A DNA stretch of 35,968 nt from an uncultured Dehalococcoidia bacterium. GTDB taxonomy: Bacteria > Chloroflexota > Dehalococcoidia > Bin125. The stretch lies in NCBI GenBank assembly GCA_964655365.1, contig CAZZMQ010000005.1, positions 1 to 35,968 of the forward strand. Reading direction: 5' to 3'. Shown here one piece after another: positions 19,153-26,830 of the stretch. The notes below the pieces were generated by a model that saw only the letters and a program-made list of their open reading frames with translations, was not told where the DNA came from and searched no databases. The translations under genes were made by a program, and so were the position numbers. The first letter of the stretch is position 1. Every line of letters begins with the position of its first letter.

Positions 19153-20586
19153 CTACCAGCGACGCGAATCCCACTTGCCACCGCGCCGCGGTTTCGACGG
19201 CCCGGTTAATCGGTCACGCGAGCCGGTTCGATGATCGCGCGCCAGCAACCGGTAGACGTGGCCTACTTCATGGTCCAGCAAGCGCGACGACAGTCGCGGG
19301 TCCAACTCTTCAGGATTCGTGTTGGTCGTGATCACTGTCGGTTTTCGTTGAAGGTATCGATATGAAAAAAGTTGGTAGAGCTTCTCTTGCGCCCAGGCCG
19401 TCGTAGAATGCGCACCGAGGTCGTCGAGCACGAGCAGGTCCGCCTCGCGCAGGGAATCGAGTACCTCGTCGTAGGATGTAGCCTCGTTCGGACCGTAGGC
19501 GCGTCGAAGATGATCGAGCAAGTCCGGCACTACGGCGAAGTGCACGCAGTCACCCTGAGTGATCCGCTCCCGCGCGATCGCCGCGGCTAAGTGGGTCTTA
19601 CCTGTACCCGTCGAACCTACCAAGGTCAGCCAACCTTGCGGCTTTTGAGACCACACGTGAGTGACGTTACGCACGATGGCGAGATTCTCTGCTTCCTCGT
19701 CGGTTAGTCCGTAACCCGCCACCCGAAAACCCTCGAAGGCGTAGCGTTCAAGTCCTTCCAGTGTCATCCCGCCGATCTGCTGGTAGCGATCGGCCTGTTC
19801 GAGATTTTTGGACTGCGCCGGTCCACCCAGACCAACGATGTGCGCTTGGTCGAAACGCCGCACGAGCGATCCCATCGGATCCGGAAGCGACGCAGGGTCG
19901 GATCCCAACAACAGAGCTGTGGGCAGTGCTTCCGCTGCGCGGTGATTCAAGATTTGGAACAGCTTTTCCTGCGCCCAGGCGGTCGGATTCGATGCGTCGA
20001 GGTCGTCCAGGATCAGAAAGGGCGCGTTGCGCACCTTCTCGAACAGACGAGGGAATGGCATAGCAGAGTTATCACTGTAGGCAGCCCGCAGGTGATCGAG
20101 CAGATCGGGGCTTACGAAATAGAGCGCCGGGAGACCAAGTCCAATCCGCTCCATCGCCATCGCGGTGCCAAGCATCGTCTTGACGTGGAGTGCGGAGCTC
20201 CAAATCACGAGCCAGCCTGGGACATCATCCTTCATATTCATCGAATCGCGGCGTGCGAAGCCGCGTGCGTTCAGGCATGCTTCGCGAAACTCGCGAGATC
20301 CGCCACCCATCAACTGCTCAAATGTCCTGCGATGCTCGCCCAGGTTGCTGTAGCGCTGCAGGCGCTCGGCTTGATCGGACTGGGAACGTCGACGTGCGCA
20401 CTCGCAGGGAATAATTTGCCCGAACTCGGGATGCCCAAGCATACGCTCCAACCGCACAAACCCCGCATCGTTGCACAATACGCAATCCGGCGGCTCGGCC
20501 TCGATCGACTGACCGTCGTCAGCGCCGAATGAGGTGTTCGAACCGAGAGTCCGGTCGCCAGCGAGAATCTCGCCCAGACGCCGCAT
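19153..20586 (-). CDS. DnaC/DnaI/IstB-like helicase loader with an N-terminal Cys4 motif and two tandem AAA+ domains
   Basis: CVLC...CEC. Duplicated PDLLDHLR.AY, L.LDDL and TAWAQEKL.Q blocks. Walker A GSTGTGKT is present in copy 2. Confidence 0.88.
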   Translation of the reverse strand: MRRLGEILAGDRTLGSNTSFGADDGQSIEAEPPDCVLCNDAGFVRLERMLGHPEFGQIIPCECARRRSQSDQAERLQRYSNLGEHRRTFEQLMGGGSREFREACLNARGFARRDSMNMKDDVPGWLVIWSSALHVKTMLGTAMAMERIGLGLPALYFVSPDLLDHLRAAYSDNSAMPFPRLFEKVRNAPFLILDDLDASNPTAWAQEKLFQILNHRAAEALPTALLLGSDPASLPDPMGSLVRRFDQAHIVGLGGPAQSKNLEQADRYQQIGGMTLEGLERYAFEGFRVAGYGLTDEEAENLAIVRNVTHVWSQKPQGWLTLVGSTGTGKTHLAAAIARERITQGDCVHFAVVPDLLDHLRRAYGPNEATSYDEVLDSLREADLLVLDDLGAHSTTAWAQEKLYQLFSYRYLQRKPTVITTNTNPEELDPRLSSRLLDHEVGHVYRLLARDHRTGSRDRLTGPSKPRRGGKWDSRRW

Positions 20587-21262
20587 CGCCTCGCCCTTCC
20601 CGATCCCAGCGTTCCAGGATCCGCTTGACGTAGCGCCAGCTACGTCGGTTCAATTCTTCCGCCTCGGTGAAAGCCTCCGCGATCCAAGCGAGGGGGTACA
20701 GGCCCTCCGCCTCAGCCAGCTGTTCGGCTATCGCGGGAGTGATTGGCCCAATGGCCGATTCATACATCGTGTACGCATTACCAGTCCGTGCAACGGGCGG
20801 TCTCGCGGCAGGCAATAGCTTCCAGGCAATCGCACCGACAAAATCGCCGTGCCGCGCCCGCTCAACAGAACGCCGGTCCGGCTCGGTATTCAGAGCCAGC
20901 AACACGCACGGTCGGTCTTGCTGTGCAGCACCTGCACCTCCTCCCGTCGGGACCGCCTGGACTGCCAGCAATGTTCCACGCGCGACGGCAGCATCCAGCC
21001 CTCGCCGGAAAGCACTGTCGACCTCATCCTGGGGTAGCAACGACGACAAACTCTCGATCAATGGGCGCTCACTTCGCAGAACATCGAGCTCAATCAGGCG
21101 CGGGAAGCGACGTTGTCGCTGCACAGCCGCCGTAGCGAACAACGTTACGAGAAGCTCCGCCACATCCTGAATCTGTGGCATAACCTGGGTCAGCATCGAA
21201 GCTGGGAGCGGCACCGTGGCCCCACCTGCGGGAAAACCGGAGAAGGGATTAGTCATCGTCAT
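20519..21262 (-). CDS. DnaD/phage replisome-organiser domain protein
   Basis: C-terminal YESAIGPITP, WIAEAF.EA...NRRSWRYVKRILERW is the DnaD/DnaB_2 motif. It lies between dnaB and the loader. Start is 21262 or 21256. Confidence 0.85.
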   Translation of the reverse strand: MTMTNPFSGFPAGGATVPLPASMLTQVMPQIQDVAELLVTLFATAAVQRQRRFPRLIELDVLRSERPLIESLSSLLPQDEVDSAFRRGLDAAVARGTLLAVQAVPTGGGAGAAQQDRPCVLLALNTEPDRRSVERARHGDFVGAIAWKLLPAARPPVARTGNAYTMYESAIGPITPAIAEQLAEAEGLYPLAWIAEAFTEAEELNRRSWRYVKRILERWDREGRGDAASGRDSRWRPDSRFEHLIRR

Positions 21263-22745
21263 AAGCCTCCAAGGCCCATTGCGCATCGCCCGGACCGTCT
21301 AGGGCAACTGCGCCGGACCCTGAGGTGCTGGTCGTGGCCAAACCCGCCTGCTGAGCCAACGCCAGATCACCCGTAACAGGCTCTTCGCGCGTGAAGAAAT
21401 CTTCGAACTTGGCCAGCTTCTTCACAAAACGCAGATGGACCGTGCCGGTTGGGCCGTTGCGGTGTTTGGCGACGATTATCTGGGCATCGCCGTTGGGGTA
21501 ACTTTCCGGATCCTCGGGGTGGAGATCATCCCACTCATCCGGTGCCACGTACATATCCTCGCGGTAGATAAAGAGTACAACGTCGGCGTCCTGCTCCAGC
21601 GAACCGCTGTCGCGCAGGTCGGACAGCATCGGGACGTGCGGATGGCGCTGCTCCACGGCGCGCGACAGTTGAGACAGGGCCACTACCGGGATCTCCAGCT
21701 CGCGCGCTAATTCTTTCAGTGAGCGCGACATGAAGCTCATTTCTGCCACGCGATTGCCATCACCACCGCCCGCCGATGCGTGCAAGAGCTGTATGTGATC
21801 GACGACGACCAAGTCCAGTCCCACATCGTGATCCAGCCTCCGCGACTTGGCTCGCAGCTCAGCGACGGTCATGCCGGGCGTATCATCAATGTAGATCTCG
21901 GCCCGAGCCATCACCAAAAACACAAATCTCATTCTCAACTCCTCCGTCTCAAAATGGCGACCAAAGGAGAGTCGCGAGAACTCCACCTCAGCCTCGGCCG
22001 AGACTAGGCGCGCCGCCAGCTGCTCTGCCGACATTTCCAGGCTGAAAAACGCCACTCGCCCACCCTGGCCCAACGCCAAATTCTGCGACATAGCCAGCGC
22101 CAGCGCGGACTTCCCTACCGACGGACGCGCAGCAAGAATGGTCAGGTCCGAGCGCTTGAGGCCACCCACGAGTTGGTCCAGGTCGGCGAATCCGGTACGG
22201 GCCGGCTCATTGAGGCGGCCCTCTTCCTCGTCCGGCGGGCCCAAAAAACTCTCGAGCAGATCTCGCAGGGGCACAAAGTCGCGCAGACGATCGCCGCCGC
22301 TGAGGGTCATCAGCAATGCTTCGGCGCGGCCAATGCCCTCCTGCAAGTTGGGTCCACCCGCGTAGCCGATTCGGGCAATCTGGCCAGCTGCATCTATCAA
22401 ACGCCGATAGGTACCGTCGCGTTGCACGATCTTGCCAGAGAATTCAACCCCGATCGTAGTCGGTAACTCGGCCACGATATGGCTGAGGTATGTCAGACCA
22501 CCGACGGCGTCGAGCTGGTCACGGCGCTTCAACTCATGTGCGACCGTGACCTGGTTGATCGCCTCTGAGCGATCCCACAGCGATAGCGCTGCCTCATAGA
22601 TCTGGGCATGACGCTCCTGGAAAAAGTCCTCCGGCTGGAGGAATGAGGCAACGCGAGAGATCGCCTCCTCATCAACAATGAGGGAGGCCAAGACGGTAGT
22701 TTCCGCCTCTGGATCGTTGGGCGGAGCCTGCTCGATAACCACCAC
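21249..22745 (-). CDS. dnaB: Replicative DNA helicase
   Basis: PPND.EAE, AARPSVGKS, FFSLEMS, DHIQL, LSQLSRAVE, SDLRDSGSLEQDAD and KHRNGPTG. No intein. Confidence 0.97.
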   Translation of the reverse strand: MVVIEQAPPNDPEAETTVLASLIVDEEAISRVASFLQPEDFFQERHAQIYEAALSLWDRSEAINQVTVAHELKRRDQLDAVGGLTYLSHIVAELPTTIGVEFSGKIVQRDGTYRRLIDAAGQIARIGYAGGPNLQEGIGRAEALLMTLSGGDRLRDFVPLRDLLESFLGPPDEEEGRLNEPARTGFADLDQLVGGLKRSDLTILAARPSVGKSALALAMSQNLALGQGGRVAFFSLEMSAEQLAARLVSAEAEVEFSRLSFGRHFETEELRMRFVFLVMARAEIYIDDTPGMTVAELRAKSRRLDHDVGLDLVVVDHIQLLHASAGGGDGNRVAEMSFMSRSLKELARELEIPVVALSQLSRAVEQRHPHVPMLSDLRDSGSLEQDADVVLFIYREDMYVAPDEWDDLHPEDPESYPNGDAQIIVAKHRNGPTGTVHLRFVKKLAKFEDFFTREEPVTGDLALAQQAGLATTSTSGSGAVALDGPGDAQWALEAYDDD

Positions 22746-22780
22746 GGCCCCCTCATGGGAACCGCGATAGACGGTCCCCG

Positions 22781-23362
22781 CTAGTCAGACTCAATCTCGG
22801 CAGCGCCGACTTCGTCAGTGGAGGTTTCCGCCTCCACGGCTTCGCCGTCACTCTGCGCCGCCTCTTCAGCTTCGACCGCCTCCACCGCTTCCGCGATGGT
22901 CAGTTCACCTTCGCCGTCTTCCGACTCGACAGTGACGCTGACCGCGGCGAACACGTTCCGTGTCAACCGGATCCGCACTTCCTGCGTGCCCAGCGTACGA
23001 ATTGCCTGGGGCAGCAAGACCTGCCGGTGATCGACGTCAGTCCCAGACTGCTCATTCAGCTCCCGCGCGATATCGATCGCGCCAACGGATCCGAACAAAC
23101 GGCCCTGTTGGCCGACTCGCGCCGTGAGTGAGATCGCCGCGCCATCAATCTTCTTCGCGACCACCTGTGCGCTGCCGTCAAGCTTTTCCTGGCGGATAAT
23201 GTCCGCCTTGGCCAGCTTCTCGGCCCGCTGCAGATTGTGTTTAGTCGCCGCGACCGCGAGTCCGCGTGGCAACAGGTAGTTGCGCGCGAACCCATTCTTG
23301 ACATCTTTGATCTCTCCGACGTTCGCCGTGCCTTCGACTTCTTCAACGAAGACAACCTTCAT
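22781..23362 (-). CDS. rplI: 50S ribosomal protein L9 with an acidic C-terminal tail
   Basis: MKVVF, VKNGFARNYLLP and GRLFGSV. GGAGG lies upstream of ATG 23362. Confidence 0.97.
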   Translation of the reverse strand: MKVVFVEEVEGTANVGEIKDVKNGFARNYLLPRGLAVAATKHNLQRAEKLAKADIIRQEKLDGSAQVVAKKIDGAAISLTARVGQQGRLFGSVGAIDIARELNEQSGTDVDHRQVLLPQAIRTLGTQEVRIRLTRNVFAAVSVTVESEDGEGELTIAEAVEAVEAEEAAQSDGEAVEAETSTDEVGAAEIESD

Positions 23363-23639
23363 CGCGAGCCTCCGCAACACTGCCTAGAGCGCTGGGCAGA
23401 CCTGCTTAGGTCTCGCCCATCTGTTTTCGTTCATTGGGCCGCTTGGTCCTAGGACCAATTGTGGACGGCCGCACTTATGCGAGCGATCTTCCACGTCGTC
23501 CACATTGAACGAACACGATAACCGGCACGGTCTCGACGCTAAAGCAGTTCTGTCACAGTCGAACCCGAGCCAAGCACGCAGCCAGGGATGCGAAGCACGA
23601 AGAGGCACTCCCCTTCTCCGCCAACCACAGGACGACTGT

Positions 23640-23653
23640 AGCACATGTGTTCT
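23640..23653. promoter_or_regulatory. Putative LexA (SOS) box upstream of rplI-dnaB-dnaD-loader
   Basis: Minus strand AGAAC-ACAT-GTGCT, one mismatch from AGAAC-N4-GTTCT. It overlaps a TG-n-TACAGT extended -10. Confidence 0.45.
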
Positions 23654-23696
23654 GTCAATCATAAGCTGCCTATCGATGGTGCGAGACGCCGCCGAT

Positions 23697-25940
23697 TCAA
23701 TCCATGATGGACGGCAGGGCCTCACGATACACAGTTTCCATCTGGTCGATCGGAAGATCGAGACTCGATCCGAGCCGAATCCGATCGCCACCGGATAGCC
23801 CCAATTCGATCAACGGCAAGCCCTTCGATGCCGCTAGCGTATCAACGGCAGCCAGCTTCCCCTTCTCGACGCTGATCACAGCCCGATTGCCCGCTTCGCC
23901 GAACAGCGCCGCGTCGATCCGGCTGCCCAGTTCGCCCAGCGCACCTTTGATCCCGATTCCGTTCGCGATCGCACACTCAGCTATCGCCACAGCGAGCCCT
24001 CCGACCGAGACGTCATGTGCCGAGCACAGCAGACCATCATCCGCCGCGTCGACGAGGAACTCGATCAGTGCGGCCTCCGTCTTCAGGTCCACATCGATCG
24101 GCCCCGCTTCCATTCCGTGAACCACGGCCAGGTATTCGGAACCACCCAGACTGCCTGGGAATTGCGCCAGATCCGCCCCCACCAGCAGCACGATATCTCC
24201 CTCCGCCTGGAAGCCCATCGGAACAACTTTCGTCACGTCCTCGAGTAGGCCGAGCATGCCAATGACGGGTGTCGGGGTGACTGGACCATTAGGCGTCTCG
24301 TTGTAGAGCGAGACGTTGCCGGACACAACAGGTGTGTTCAAAACGCGGCATGCTTCAGCGATGCCCAGTACAGCCTGGGAGAGTTGATAGTAAATCTGGG
24401 GTCGCTCCGGATTGCCAAAGTTAAGGCAATCTGTCACCGCCAGCGGACGTGCGCCCGTGCAAGCGACGTTGCGTGCCGCCTCCGCCACCGATCGGGCACC
24501 ACCGGCACGGGGATTGAGGCACACGGCCCGGCCATCACCGTCTGTACTGAGCGCAATCGCGCGGTTAGTGCCCTTGATCCGCACGACCCCGGCGTCGCTG
24601 CCCGGAAGAACAACAGTATTGGTCAGCACCTGGTGATCATACTGCCGTGTGATCCAGGTCTTGTCGGCGATGTTAGGCGAGCCGAGCAGTCTCAAGAGGA
24701 TCGCCCCGGCATCGGCGAGATCAGGCAGAGAAGCAGGATCGAATTGCGCCAAGGCTGCCTCGGCTTCGTCTTGCCAAGCCTCGCCCTCGTAGGTCGGTGG
24801 GTCCGTCAGCAAACCAACATCGATCGCGGCCAAGTCCTCGCCATCGCCCACGATGTGGGCCAAACCATCATCAGTCGAAACGCCCACCAGCGCCGTCGTC
24901 AGCTCCCAGCGCTCGAAAAGCGCCCGCACATCATCCTCGTAGCCTGGCTTGACCAAGGCCAGCATGCGTTCCTGCGACTCGCTCAGCATAACGTCGTAAG
25001 GCGTCAGATCCGCCTCACGACGTGGGATTGTGTCGGTGTCAATTCGTAGGCCAGTACCACCACGTACGGCGGACTCGATCGCCGCGCTAGTCAGGCCCGC
25101 CGCCCCCAGGTCCTGCAGCCCGACGATCCAGTCGCCATGCTCCTGCACCAACTCCACGCAGGCCTCCATCAAGAGTTTTTCAAGGAACGGATTCCCCACC
25201 TGCACCGCGGGTCGACGCTCAGCGCTGGCTTCGTTCAGCTCAACCGAGGCGAAGGTGGCGCCATGCAGACCATCCTTCCCCGTGTCTGCTCCCACAACCA
25301 TCAGCAGGTTATCCGCGGCGGCCGTCGTCGCGCTGACCAGCGTGCCTGCCGGCGCAATCCCTACACACATGGCATTGACCAACGGATTTCCCGCGTAACC
25401 TCGCCCAAAGACTGTTTCACCGCCAATGTTGGGGATGCCAAGACAGTTACCGTAGCCACCGATACCCGAGACGACACCGGAGAACAACCGGCGATTGTCA
25501 GGATCGTCAAGTGGCCCGAAACGCAGCGAGTCAAGCAGGGCTATCGGACGTGCACCCATCGCGAAAATATCCCGCACGATCCCGCCCACACCCGTAGCGG
25601 CCCCTTCGTAGGGTTCTATCGCGGAGGGGTGATTGTGCGACTCCACCTTCATCACCACTAGCCAGCCGTCTCCGATGTCGACCGCTCCAGCGTTCTCGCT
25701 ACCTAGCTCGGTTAGAATGTGTGTTCCCTCAGTAGGGAAGTGACGAAACAGCGGCCGTGAGTGTTTGTAACCGCAATGCTCACTCCACAACGCGCCGATC
25801 ATGCCCAATTCGACAGGTGTCGGCTCGCGCCCCAGTCGCTCTTTAGCCAGTTCATATTCTTCTCGGCTGAGTGCGATCTGGGCCAGCACTTCATCGTCAA
25901 CGGGTGGTGTCCCCGCCGCATCGTAGGTTGCAGGGCTCAT
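23697..25940 (-). CDS. purL: Phosphoribosylformylglycinamidine synthase subunit PurL (small type)
   Basis: WSEHCGYK, KVESHNHPS, GAATGVGGIVRD, QDLGAAG, LSESQERM and VSGNVSLYNE. The ATG overlaps the purQ stop (TGATG). Confidence 0.97.
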   Translation of the reverse strand: MSPATYDAAGTPPVDDEVLAQIALSREEYELAKERLGREPTPVELGMIGALWSEHCGYKHSRPLFRHFPTEGTHILTELGSENAGAVDIGDGWLVVMKVESHNHPSAIEPYEGAATGVGGIVRDIFAMGARPIALLDSLRFGPLDDPDNRRLFSGVVSGIGGYGNCLGIPNIGGETVFGRGYAGNPLVNAMCVGIAPAGTLVSATTAAADNLLMVVGADTGKDGLHGATFASVELNEASAERRPAVQVGNPFLEKLLMEACVELVQEHGDWIVGLQDLGAAGLTSAAIESAVRGGTGLRIDTDTIPRREADLTPYDVMLSESQERMLALVKPGYEDDVRALFERWELTTALVGVSTDDGLAHIVGDGEDLAAIDVGLLTDPPTYEGEAWQDEAEAALAQFDPASLPDLADAGAILLRLLGSPNIADKTWITRQYDHQVLTNTVVLPGSDAGVVRIKGTNRAIALSTDGDGRAVCLNPRAGGARSVAEAARNVACTGARPLAVTDCLNFGNPERPQIYYQLSQAVLGIAEACRVLNTPVVSGNVSLYNETPNGPVTPTPVIGMLGLLEDVTKVVPMGFQAEGDIVLLVGADLAQFPGSLGGSEYLAVVHGMEAGPIDVDLKTEAALIEFLVDAADDGLLCSAHDVSVGGLAVAIAECAIANGIGIKGALGELGSRIDAALFGEAGNRAVISVEKGKLAAVDTLAASKGLPLIELGLSGGDRIRLGSSLDLPIDQMETVYREALPSIMD

Positions 25941-26629
25941 CAACCCCACCGTTCAATGATCGAGCGCCAGATCGAGAGCCCGTCCTCGCCCCCCAACAAC
26001 GCCTCGCTAGCCCGTTCGGGGTGCGGCATCATGCCCAGCACATTACCTTCCGCATTGAGTACCCCCGCAATGTTGTCACGCGAGCCATTCGGATTCGACC
26101 CCGCGGCGACGATGCCGTCAGCATCGCAGTAGCGGAAAACTACGCGCCGTTCGGCCTGCAGCATGGCCAGCGTTTCGTCGTCAGCGTGGTAGTTACCTTC
26201 GCCATGTGAGATCGGCAGCATCAGCGCCTCACCCTCACGGCAGACACTGGAGAATCCAGTATCGACACGTTCCACCCGCACGTACTGGGATTTGCAGCGA
26301 AACTGCATGCTGGCATTCCGCATCAGCACACCGGGCAGCAGCCCCGCCTCACAAAGAATCTGAAATCCGTTGCAGGACCCGAAGATTGGTCGGCCCTGCG
26401 ACGCATGACGCTGGACCGCCGCCATGATTGGGGCAAAACGTGCCAGTGCACCGCAGCGCAGGTGATCTCCGTAGGAAAAGCCACCCGGGAAAACCACGGC
26501 GTCGTAGCCATCCAGGCTCGATTCGCGATGCCAGATCAGATCGGCTTCATGACCCAGAATATCGCGCAGCGCGTACTGGCAATCACCATCGCTCCAGGTG
26601 CCGGGGAAAACCAGAACCGCGAACCGCAC
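25940..26629 (-). CDS. purQ: FGAM synthase glutaminase subunit PurQ
   Basis: VFPG, PGGFSYGD.LR.GA, CNGFQIL, HGEGNY, NPNGS and GMMPHPER. GTG start at 26629 follows AGGAG. Confidence 0.96.
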   Translation of the reverse strand: MRFAVLVFPGTWSDGDCQYALRDILGHEADLIWHRESSLDGYDAVVFPGGFSYGDHLRCGALARFAPIMAAVQRHASQGRPIFGSCNGFQILCEAGLLPGVLMRNASMQFRCKSQYVRVERVDTGFSSVCREGEALMLPISHGEGNYHADDETLAMLQAERRVVFRYCDADGIVAAGSNPNGSRDNIAGVLNAEGNVLGMMPHPERASEALLGGEDGLSIWRSIIERWG

Positions 26630-26798
26630 ACCGTGCTCCTGCGATCCAACCCCGAACGAGGGGGCAACCCGAGGGTAACAGCGCTGCTCCATTGGTCGAG
26701 GCAGCAGGGGCTCGCCCATGTCAGCAACGTGGATTCTGACAAGTCGCCGGTGGCGCTGTACCAGTCGCTTGCCTTCCTCAGATGACGGAGCGCCCGGA

Positions 26799-26830
26799 TA
26801 GGCGTCGCGGTCCGAGTACCGCTACGCCTA
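26799..26830 (-). terminator. Hairpin starting at the stop codon of the HD hydrolase gene
   Basis: TAGGCGT-a-GCGGT-actcgg-ACCGC-g-ACGCCTA on the minus strand. No clear U-tract follows. Confidence 0.4.

Noticed and set aside
19153-21262. IS21 IstB or a prophage replication module
   Set aside because: There is no IstA transposase, terminal repeat, integrase or other phage gene. The genes are coupled to rplI-dnaB.
23455-23510. DnaA boxes / oriC (TGTGGAC, GTCCACA)
   Set aside because: They do not match TTATCCACA well, there is no box cluster or AT-rich unwinding element, and they are the two arms of one stem.
23384-23791. 135-aa and 97-aa ORFs across the purL-rplI gap
   Set aside because: They overlap purL, have no recognisable motifs, and the region is better explained as promoter plus structured leader.
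26700-26790. SAM-I or SRP RNA assignment for the purQ leader
   Set aside because: Only fragments resemble them. GCAACC, GUGC.AA and the closing GAU of SAM-I, and the SRP CAGG...GGAAGCAGC motif, are absent.
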